This document shows, one piece after another, positions 53,296 to 64,000 of a stretch of 64,000 nucleotides of DNA (positions are counted from its first letter, which is position 1; each line of letters starts with the position of its first letter). Position numbers and translations under genes: made by a program. Where the stretch lies: the NCBI GenBank assembly GCA_053919585.1, contig CM132783.1, one strand, 5' to 3'. The DNA is from Euprymna scolopes. Lineage: Eukaryota. A model generated the notes under the pieces. The model saw only the letters and a list, made by a program, of their open reading frames with translations, had not been told where the DNA came from and did not search any database.

Positions 53296-54730
53296 GGTAG
53301 AGTCGGCTGACCACGTTTCGCCCTCTCTGTTCAAAGGTCAAATCGAGAGTCTACTTTTTTTATTACTATAGGAAAGCGAATTTAAACGTGGGAAGCGACT
53401 AAAATAAAATCAAGTTATTGGGAAGGAAGAGAAAACAAATGAGAGGAACGACTAAAATAAATATATCATTATGATATGAGGAGAAACCCCCTTAGGGACA
53501 AATCACGTTCAAACCTAAAAGACAATCGTTCTGCTTGCTGAGAGAAGGTCTCCTTAACCGGACGTGAATAGTCTCAAAGACCTTCAAATGGAATAACGAG
53601 TGAGCGTGACTTATGATAGAAAATGAGTCACTGCCGTAATTTACTGCACGTCGCGTTTTTTTTTTGTCCGTTATAGCGGAACCATAAGTATTCTTCAAAA
53701 TATCCGTTGGTTGGTAGGTTCCTTCCGGATTTTACAAGGTACATGTTGTTGGACGCAACTATCTAATCTGAGGGTTATTCTGTCCACATAGTTGGCACAA
53801 CAACTACATTTGTATTGATAAATAACATTATTATATGATGGAGGTGCAGAACATCCTTTCGAGAGGATGGCGATAATGGTTTTGTCGGGAACACCACATG
53901 TACATTGAAAGCAAATTAGCAATGTTCTACAGCTGAGCTAATCTATTTGGCGAATTGTTAACTTGCTATCCCTAACCAAGGAAAACGAATGTAAATTGGA
54001 AATTTAGTCTCCATCTTAGATTTTATTTGAAGGTCTTGGAGACTATTCACGTCCGGTTAAGGAGACCTTCTCTCTGTAAGTAGAATGATTGTCTTTTAGG
54101 TTTGGACGTTATTTGCCTCTAAGGATTTTTCTCCCCATATCATTACGATAGATTATTTTAGTTATTCCTCTAATTTTTTTTCTCTTCCCCCCGATAATTT
54201 TATTTTATTTAAGTCGCTCTCAACGTTCAAATTCGCTATTAGTAATAAAATAATAAAAAAGAAACCCCCCGATTTGGTTTTTGAAAAGAAAGTGCAAAAC
54301 CTGGTCCGCCTACTCTACCCCATCATCTATTTTTTTATTCTGAATACAAACACCTCAGTCTTCATTTTTTCATAGCTATAATAAAGTTTTGTACCCCTTC
54401 CCCCCAAAAAAATAATGAAATATCTGAAAACCCGATACAATCCGAGTTTAATAAAGAACTAGATCGGGTAACGTCTCGGGGGTGGTAGTACTAAATCATC
54501 AAGATTATGTTGATAAAATGACAGAGATTCTTGATGAAAAATTTATAAAATTAGGCTCTGTTAATACTCATGATTCCACTGCTTCCTTAGAATCTGAATT
54601 TCAGAAGAAATGAGTAAAGTGGGTGAAAAGTTGTATACTCCCTTCCGACATAGCTAATGAGATCAGACCCTCAGGCTTTAGCAGCCCCAGGCTGTATGGC
54701 TTACTAAAAACCCATAAAACAGATATTTCA
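53296..54730. mobile_element. Penelope-like element complex: GIY-YIG (minus), inverted terminal repeat, RT fragment (plus)
   Basis: NNVIYQYKCSCCANYVDRITLRL and FHLKVFETIHVRLRRPSLSKQ on minus. Arms 53296-53589 and 54025-54319 are inverted copies. GVVVLNHQDYVDKM..IRPSG..PRLYGLLKTHK on plus. Confidence 0.85.
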
Positions 54731-55332
54731 GATGGATACATACGGCTTTTGCAGGCTTGGTATACATGTTCTAATATCTACTATTATTATATAGTTTTAC
54801 AAAATAGTTCGAGTTTATCTGACGCGTAAATCTAATGTAACGATAAACTTAATTGATGATTATTTTGCTGGTTTTTGAGTGGTCGATTGTTTGGCCAGTA
54901 AATACACAACTTTATCTACGTCCGCTGATATTAAAGAGTCAAGTGAGACTTTTTAATAAAAAAGATAGCACCCCTCGTATCATTAAAAGTAGCCAGACAA
55001 GGCGTTTTATCGACACCCTAAAATAGCACCATTACTATAAAATAAAACAAGATAACCCTATGCTTATTCTCTCAAACAGAACTAATATTTGCTTGAATAA
55101 TAAGATCCGTATTGGACAAATGGATTCACAAACAAAGAACACCTGACTAAATATTTACATTACCAAGAAAACATTGCATCTAATGAGGAAAAAACGTTGT
55201 TTTAAGGTGTTTATATCAACGGATCATTCTAGGAGCATGTCATTATAATGGATGATATGCCAATGATGGGATACATAAACTGGGACTCTCAGTCTTTTCA
55301 TAACATATATTTTTATTAAATCATAAAACGGC

Positions 55333-56030
55333 TGTCAAAGGAGACTAAGAGTACGCAACAGGAATGAAGTGTTCCTGGTTTAGGACAACACAATTAAAGA
55401 AATAAAACAAAGGAGTTCGTCTTTGCAAGCCAACAACCGCCTGGTTCGAGATCACGACTGTCATCAATCTTCGTCTGTCTGCCTTACTCCGATCTAACCT
55501 GTCAACTCCTTTCATACATGTCTCCCGTGTGATTTCGCGTGACTTCCACCGGAAAACACCTTTTAAAACTATGGGCGCCATCTTGATTTTTCTCTCTCTC
55601 TCTTTCGCCCAACCTCGCCCGACACACACGTGGTAGGACTTCCGTTCATTTGACCCCCCCCTTTTCTCCTTTTCTCCAGCTAATTTATACAACATGCCTC
55701 TTTGATCTCTAGAAAACATTTAGTAATCCCGCATCCACTGTGGCGGTCGACTTTCCCAACTTGGTCTCTAAGGTGTGTCGCTATCCTCCCGATGCACATC
55801 GCTTTCCACCGTTTCATTTTCCACTGGCCTGATATCAAGAATATCTCGGTACTCCGTCCACCGCAATGTAGTTGCTAGTACTATTCTTGTTTATGCGTCG
55901 ACTGCTCTACTGTGTGGTACATCGCACCCCTGGGGACTTCACCCATACTTCATCACCGAGTTTGATGGTCCCAGGTGTCTCCTTCTCCCTGCTTGCCGAC
56001 TCGATCCTAGGATGCCTCCAGGAGTATATT
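55333..56030 (-). mobile_element. 3' end of a gypsy element related to 17940-21300 (integrase tail, PPT, LTR ~55694-55333)
   Basis: GDEVWVKSPGVRCTTQ..IAVDGVPR, then GAGATCAAAGAGGCA|TGTTGT, ending ...TGACA. Contains AATCAAGATGGCG. Confidence 0.7.
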
Positions 56031-56169
56031 AATATATATAAAGTGCTATGTATATGAAAATATCAGTAAGCAACGATATAATTGAACACTTTTATAGTAA
56101 ATGAACTGACTCTTTTGGAGATGCATAAATTGAGTGTCTCTTCCTAATAAAGCGCACTAAAATTAAAAA

Positions 56170-56210
<41 letters not shown>

Positions 56211-57470
56211 ATAAATTTTAAAATGTATTTCTTCGTGCATATAATTAGTCTGATTCTCCTACTGTTAATTGAATGTCCTTATCTTCTCGACATTGTTCAA
56301 TTTTGAGAGAGCTTTTAGTTAAAAATGTATTAAGCATACTAATAATTATAATGATAATAATACTTTGTCAGTAAAAAATAAATCCATGAGAAAATAAATG
56401 TTAACAGCAATGTGTACTCACTAACACTGCACAACATGCTATGTCCGAGAACTTTACCAAGACGCGTACGTGTTATTTCACCTGGGAGCCCATATCTTTA
56501 ACAGCTTTCTCTCGCTATAATGGCGCAGATTATAGCCGACGCGTTGTCCTTAGATGTCCACTTTCATTTGATTCGCTTTGTTGATGCATTATCAATCCGT
56601 TAGGAGTCCTCTTCAACGCTCATCGTTCAATTCAATGTACTTGACGCATAAAACTGCAACAAGCACTGCCATTACCGGCTTTACGACACAAAGTGGAATA
56701 AAAATACACAGATTTCGATTTGAAGTCTATTCTATATTTATTCTCTTTTATGATTCTTTTTATTTATTTGTATTGTCATGCAGCATTATTCTATTTCTTA
56801 TATTAGTTTTCTATTTCTCTTGGTTTGTTTTTGTCATATAGATTAGTTCCATCCCCCCTTACGTTCATTTTGTTTGTTTTTTTTATTTTTTTGTCCTTTT
56901 TGCCTTTTCTTTTCTATTTGTACTGTTTTCCTTTCCATTTATGGTATTTTTTCTTCTTTTAAACTTTTTCATTTATGTTTTGGCTTTTCCTTGTTATAGT
57001 ATCTCCCGTGTTCATGAATTTTTAACTTTACTTCTATGTTCTCTCTTTTTGTGCTACTTGTTATCATGTTCTTACTCCCTCGCATTCTTTCTGGTTACGT
57101 TTATTCCATTTTCTGTGTTGGTACTTCCTTTTTCTCTCGTTAATGCCCCCCTTTTTATTTGTATCGAATTTTCGTTCGTTCTATTTTTTAAGTCTCTTAC
57201 ATAGTTCTGCGTTTTATATTTTGATTATTTTTTTGATTCCTTTCGTTCTTGTTGCGTACATATTTAAAAAAAAATATTTTAGTATTTTAAGTAGTGTTTT
57301 GAATCGATCGAGGAGCTACAACTAAAAAATTCTTCCGCTGTACAATAATATATTATTGTCAATAAAAAAATACGTCTTAATTATAATAAAATGACATATC
57401 ACATGAACGATTACTTATAAATACTTGTATGGAAATTATTATTTATAAAATGAATTGCAATAATAATATA

Positions 57471-57510
57471 CTAGCAGAACCTATGGAAGTTCCACAGAAA
57501 CGTGTTTCAT
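57471..57510 (-). mobile_element. Helitron-like 3' terminus
   Basis: Minus strand CTGTGG-AACTT-CCATAG hairpin followed by CTAG|T. Confidence 0.45.
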
Positions 57511-57767
57511 ATGTAATATATTGATGTTGGCATTTCATGGATATTAGCCACGAAATGCCAATTATGTATAGTAACACGTAAATGGAAACACCCTGATATT
57601 ATCGTAGTTATTTTATTAAAACTGCAAAAGTATTTTTCTAAGTAAGCAGGGAAGCCGACGAAGCCCGGTCGTAAAATACCCTTAAATATGATATTTTAAT
57701 TTATGCAGATGTCGTATATATTATTATCGAGTCAATTCCTATTTAGAAAGTTGTGATTTCAATATAT

Positions 57768-57828
<61 letters not shown>

Positions 57829-58187
57829 CATGTGTGTGCGTGTGTGCGTGTGTTTTTTTTGTATAATAGTTGTATAAAATGGTTTCCTAGATGGAAATCC
57901 AATAAAATCAGAGTGATAATTCAAGAGTGCTCAATGGATGGGAAGAGCTCGTATATATTCTGTTTATTATAAAACACACTATTGGCTACACATGTGCGAA
58001 CAAGTTTCAGTGGAATTTTTATTCAAAGAGTGCCCTTCATCAGATCAAAAAGAGGACGTTAATGAAACCTCTTACTAACGTTCACATTTTTTTTCCGATA
58101 GGGGGTCTCTTAAAATTGAGATTCTACTGAAACATGTATGCAATATATAACCAATAATATTCCTAAATTAGATAGAATATATATATA

Positions 58188-58230
<43 letters not shown>

Positions 58231-59460
58231 TAATAAAAAGTGGTAAATCTAAAAGTTTTTCGTCTCATTGTTTTACATTCTANNNNNNNNNNNNNNNNNN
58301 NNNNNNNNNNNNNNNNNNNNNNNNNNNNNNNNNNNNNNNNNNNNNNNNNNNNNNNNNNNNNNNNNNNNNNNNNNNNNNNNNNNNNNNNNNNNNNNNNNNN
58401 NNNNNNNNNNNNNNNTATATTAGAAAGAATACTACAAACACTAAATCAATGCTACGGTTTTATAGGGGAACTTTACCTATTATTCTAAGAAGAGCGGGTT
58501 TAAACATCGGTTACTGCAATATCAAATAAAGGGCGCTCAAGGATTATAGAAAGAAGGCTAGCGGTCTGAATTCATAGAAGAGTTGGTGTTACTCAGACTC
58601 AGAACACAACTGGTCATTGCCAATTCGCCCTTACTGATGGATTCTTTGACAAAACTTGGCGAGTAAAAAATATACATAATGGAATTCGTATGACGCTGTT
58701 AAAGAAAACAGAATCATCATTATAGCTGCACAAAACAAAATAACCACATACAAATATAGTTAAAGACAACATTTACATTAGGCAAGCAAAAAATAATTAT
58801 ATAGTATGGGGGTTACGTTTGCACTACGAACATACAGAAAAATGTACAGACACATTCAGGAGACATTAGTACATAAGGAACATTGGCAGGCCACTGTGAT
58901 GTGAATATGTAAGGGCACAAACATACCTAACCAATGTGACTATCTACATGCATAATTAAGAAGAAAAATCTGTCAAGTCGTAAATATCGTCGCCTGCGTA
59001 ATTCACCAGACAAGTTGTAGCAGAAATAAAATATTAGGCAAATAGTATGAACAAAAATTATTGTTCTAGCTTAGTTATTATAAACAGCATGATCTCGTCA
59101 ATAAAGATAAAAAAAGAGTAATAGGGAAAAGCACAATCACGAGGTTTCATGTAACGGTGCGAATTGTAACGTCTTCGTAGCTTTTAAATGTTTAAGTTTT
59201 CGACTTGAAAAATAAGAAGCCTTACTTTTTGAATGATTACTGTATCTATTTATGTTTAACTTTTACTGTAAGTATAAATATTTTAGATTTAAAAATATAT
59301 TGTTGAAGCTTTTTTTTTCAAGTTTTAAACTATATTTAAAACACACAAGGGAATCGTTTAAATAATTAATGTGTTCATCATTATATTAAAGTTGGAAAAG
59401 AACGTTCATAAACAATTTGGTTTTCTGAGTTGTCGGAGTAGAAAATGATTTATATTTTAG

Positions 59461-59502
59461 AGGTGCGCCTGGAACAATCCAGCGATAATTCCGACCGCAA
59501 AG
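59461..59502 (+). CDS. Candidate 42-nt exon
   Basis: ttatattttAG acceptor, AAG|GTACGT donor, GC-rich island. Open in two frames, for example VRLEQSSDNSDRK. Confidence 0.35.
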
Positions 59503-60029
59503 GTACGTCGTCCTCCTGTTTGGGCAAGAAGATAATGGTACTATTTATTCGGCTATGTTGAGCTAATTTTGATGGTATATATACCTGTATATTTTTGGTG
59601 TGAAAAATGTACACACTCTCTCACACACACACACACAAAGGGAATAACATATACGATTATATAACCTATACACGGTTTTGTTTCCTCATTTATACATACC
59701 TGTTTTATATACACTCGCTGTACACACCTCGATGTCACACAAAACATCCAGCATTCAACATACACGTTGAGAGAAAAAAATGCGATGCTTTGCATAATAA
59801 AACTGTCTATCTACTATACTGAGAGAAGACTTCTCTTTGCAGATGTGCACTTTTGTAGTCGCAACGAAGTATCATATGTGGGCAGTTGAAGGTGATAAAA
59901 GGATAAACTTAAATTATTTTACAGCTGAGAAAAACATGGGTGTTGGGATTTGTTTGTTTCGTTGAAGTGTTTTTAGAGAAGAGATTTTTTTCACTTTTTG
60001 TTTGTGAATAGCGGACTAATTACTAATCC

Positions 60030-60420
60030 TAACTGAACGCCCCATCCTCATGAGAAATTTCAGCAGCAAATCTGAAAAACCACAATCAAAATTGTCCAAG
60101 AATTGCCCCTATAAATATCGCTGATCAAATTGCCTATGACAGTCAAACAATCCTGCCACCGCTTGAAGATGTAGCTGATGAAATAAAAAGTATAAAACAA
60201 TAAATTGTAGGAGAACAACAGTTACTCCGCTGAAATCTTAAACACTGATCAAATATAATAGACCAGCGATCCATCGAATTATCAAATGTATCATTAAGTT
60301 TGTAATACAAAAAGAAAATTGTTAGCATTATAATAGAAAGATGGCAATTGATACGGCAACACCTACCGAAAATATCGGCCTGATCGATGTGTCAACTAAA
60401 TTATTCGGTTTGATTCATTT
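60030..60420 (+). mobile_element. LINE (RTE-like) RT N-terminal remnant
   Basis: LPPLEDVADEIKSIK, SAEILN and IGLIDVSTKLF resemble PPT..EV..AI / AEILK / ISLL....KLF. Confidence 0.45.
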
Positions 60421-61069
60421 AAGCAGATTCTAATGAGAACTGGATCCGAAACCAAGGCAAAACCCAATGTGCTTCGAATCGGAGTCGCGGTTGAACCAAC
60501 TAAATCTCTTACTCTTACTATTACTATTTGTGGCACTATTCTTTCACACATTTATCCGTTTCATTTCATCGTTTCATTAGTTTTACTGCTCTAAATTGTT
60601 CTCCCGACTACGGTACCCTTTGATAATTATAAACTCAGATGTTAGTTAACGTAAACATGCCAGTCTTCTAAAAACATACTTCTGCAAACCTCGGCGTATC
60701 ATGTGTAGCGAAACCTTCAATATAATAATAGCCTTCCCGGTGTCACTGTTACATTCACTATCGCTTTCAAAAGACTAGAGTGCACATATGATATCCTGCC
60801 ACTCAGTAAAACATTTTAAGGAACTCTTGCATAATTTGACCCGGATTCTCGCGAATTCCCGTCAAGCATGATCGATTTAGTTGTTCAAATTTTGAAACGC
60901 TAAATCGACTTATCATTTTTTCTTTTATGTAATGTTTTAGTATTTTTTCGCTGATAATAAAGTTGTTATTTTCTAATTATTGAGTTATATTTTTGTAATT
61001 CATCGGCTAGTTGTTTGATTACCTAATTAAAAAGTGCCATTGACATGGAAGTAGACAACTTTCAAATTG

Positions 61070-61319
61070 TAACAAAATATTGATAGTTTACATGTTGTAT
61101 GTTAATATTGACAATTTTTCGTAAGGGGTGTGCTCACTTTTGTTGCCAAAGATTTAGCTTTTAATGGCTATATTTTGTGTTATTTTGAGGGGAAAATGAA
61201 TTAACTTAGTTATATACGCAGACAGACTACTTTTTATTGTGTCAAAAAATTATGTTTTCAGTGTTGTCCCATGCTTAAATATTTGAGGAAATACGAAGGG
61301 TGTTCTCACTTTTTTGATA

Positions 61320-61325
<6 letters not shown>
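61070..61325 (+). mobile_element. Isolated right IR/DR terminus of a Tc1 element
   Basis: Two direct repeats GGGTGT(G/T)CTCACTTTT about 170 bp apart, ending ACTA|TA next to (TA)n. Confidence 0.7.
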
Positions 61326-61378
<53 letters not shown>

Positions 61379-61563
61379 TGTGTGTGTGTGTGTGTCTTTG
61401 GATGTGCAGATATGCATGCTTATTTTCGGCTACGATTAATCGTAGTTGGTCATGTATATATAAATTTAAATAAGTCGGTCACTTAAGCTTACGTGTTCAG
61501 ACTTTGGTGTAATGATCATAAAATCACTCTCGCCTGACTTTCTCATCTACGCTTTATAATAAA

Positions 61564-62104
61564 TTAGCCTGGGTGGCCGGGGTTGCTCGAGCATTTGGAG
61601 GGGTGTGTGCTTAGCCAAAACAGTATGTTGTAGTAAGCAGACAGGCCCGAACCCGTGACTCGAAGGCGGAAAATAAAGTAAAGGTGTATGTAAGGCGTGT
61701 TGAGTAAAAAAAGAAGAAATATTGACAGCGCATAATAAGCAGCCTCGAACCCGTAACATGTGAGAGAAAAAAAAGTTGACCCCCCCCCAAAAAAAACGCT
61801 GTTATCGATCCGCCTACCGCCGTTGTCATGTCACGGACTGTCGAAATAAAGCCTTTTGTGCGACGTCGTTTTCGCGAGGTTTGAATGACTTGCAAAAAAT
61901 GTGAACGAAAAACCGACCCTCCTTGTAGAAAAGTGCCAAGTGAATTAATGTTTTTGGCCATTTTTTATATTTGTCATTCAGAGGGTCGAGCTTCAAAATG
62001 ATACCGATGTCGTGAAAATCCGTCACCTTCGTCGAAAGGTTTAGGCAGATATACAAACATACATACATACATTTAAACAGACAGGTGAGATTTATTATTA
62101 TAAA
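61564..62104 (-). mobile_element. Non-autonomous Helitron-like element sharing the 3' end of 2818-3244
   Basis: 5' A|TTTATAATAATAAA, (TATG)n tract. 3' gctaagcacacacccctccaaatgctcgagcaaccccggc...gctaa|t aligns to gctcagcatacacctcccaacacccgggcaacgccggg...gctag|t. Confidence 0.7.
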
Positions 62105-62499
62105 TGTTAATTACAACTCTATTCATCGCGGTTAAATTTGGCCGTACGGTTTGTTTCTCTGCTAATGGATTCAGAGAAGGCATCGAGGTCGGATTCAAAT
62201 CTCTCGAGCAGTTTTAATCGTAACTCCATGCAATAATGATTTCCGAAAAAATGAAATATTCGAATCTCTAGCTATTAGGATAAATCTATTAATAATTACG
62301 CCAGCTTCTTAAAGAACTTGATTTTTTTTTCTTTGATCACTTAAGTTTAAAAAAGTCCCTCATTTAAGCTTACATGTGAAGATCATGATGTAATATTCAG
62401 AAGAACATTCTCACCCGATCTTGCCATTTACACTTTTATATAAATGAATGTCACAAAATCCTATGGGGCGTGAATATAGAAACGGATAAGCCCATCGAA

Positions 62500-63020
62500 G
62501 CAATTGCACCAGATATCATGAGAGTTAACAAGAAGAAAACTCATGCCAGATCAAGATTTTTCCGTTGCAGCATACCACAAAAAAAAAAAGATCAAGAAGA
62601 CAGAAAAAAACAGAGCAAATAAACGAAACTCGCCACAGAGGTGAATCTTATATAGAAGGTGAAAAAAAGTCAAGATTACACACGTAATAATAGGAACACT
62701 AGAAACATTACCAATAAACTTTGAAAAAATATTAAAGATATTGGACTAGAGGGATGGCTGAAAAATTCCACTAATAGCAATAATGAAAACCGCTGATATA
62801 TTAAGAAAATACCTGAATAGGAAGCCTAAAACACATAAGCCGCAGGCGTAAACCGGACATATAGAGACTTCTACAGTTAAAACACAAAGAAACACTACAT
62901 GGAAGCAAGGAAACTGAAACTATAATTATAAGTTAACCCATATCCCACCATCTGCATAAAAGACAAAGAGAAGGGGATTAGTCTCAACATCACAATACCA
63001 AAGAGTTGAAGAAGTTCAAG
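62500..63020 (+). mobile_element. R4-like LINE endonuclease-region remnants
   Basis: GTLETLPINFEKIL (~GALG..P..L...L) and PTICIKDKEKGISLNITIP (~RPDIVI.DK..K...IDIA.P). Confidence 0.35.
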
Positions 63021-64000
63021 AAGGATGGAAAGACACAGGAAATAAAGCACTAGCCAGACCTCCGCTTGCAAGAGGACTTGTTAGGTTTATTTGTTTTATA
63101 TTGAATTAGTAGAAACTTATCGAAGTAGCTTTCGTTCTGTAGATATACATTCAATTAAACAAACTCTATATGTTAAGTCATATACTATAATACTTATTAA
63201 GTATAGTATTACTTGATATATTTATTTAATTATATGAACCCTTTTCATCTGCGAAATTATTTTCTTCCCCAATTTCTCCACGTTTGTTTAAAACTCCGTT
63301 CGTTATTTAATATAAGTTTACTTTTTATTTCCTTATTGGTGTAACTTTTGGCAAGGGATATCTTCATTCTTCGTAGTGACAGTATTATTGAATATTTTAT
63401 GATTGCACTTATTTACGACGTTTGGTTATATAATAGGAATCATACGAGAATGTTGAATAAGAAATATATTGCAAGAAGATTTTCATACGGCACGCAGAAA
63501 TATAATCGTCCCCTCAGAACACTATTTGATACGATGATGTATTTGAAAATATATAGAACATGATTGAGATGAAATTGGGAAAGAATCGGCCTAATTAAAC
63601 GAAAGCAAAATTATAAAAAAAAGTGTCGTATAAATAAAAGTTTTAAAAATAAGTGTATCGTAAAATTTAGATTTATGATGGAGTATTAGAAAGATAGATG
63701 ATAGAAATAAAAAAAATTAACAACTCTAGACAAGCATGTGTAAATGGATTCGATTAATTAAACGTTGAAGAAAAGATCCCATACAAAAACGCAGAGAAAG
63801 CATTCACTTCCACTTTTTCTTGTGTTTTTTCTTAAATACGAGATCAAGAAAGAAGGGGAAAATAAATAAAAAAGTAAAGAAGTAGATGATTAGGATCCAG
63901 AAGAGGAAAAGTGTGAAAGTAGGAGAGTTTAACCATAAAATTTAAGAAAACAATAGAAACACGTATCAGTAAAAAGAAAATAAAAACTCCAAATTATATA

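Overview
AT-rich eukaryotic (probably invertebrate animal) genomic DNA, intronic or intergenic, with seven short N gaps and many (TA)n microsatellites. No intact protein-coding gene, rRNA, tRNA or CRISPR array is recognisable. The window is mostly decayed mobile elements: Tc1 (DD34E), mariner and DD41D/rosa-like transposons, several with recognisable TIRs; two Ty3/gypsy lineages, one carrying a nested solo LTR; Penelope-like elements with an inverted terminal repeat and hammerhead-like relics; RTE, R4/Dong-like and CR1-group LINE fragments; a non-autonomous Helitron family; and a 43-bp minisatellite. The most distinctive object is a young 379-bp GC-rich non-coding retroposon (33857-34235, minus strand). 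It has a perfect 16-bp target-site duplication and a (TAAA)n tail, and by eye it folds almost completely into a closed multibranch RNA with UUCG tetraloops. A few short candidate exons, one ending in a polybasic CAAX motif, hint at a long-intron host gene but remain unproven. All motif translations and alignments were done by eye, with no database search.
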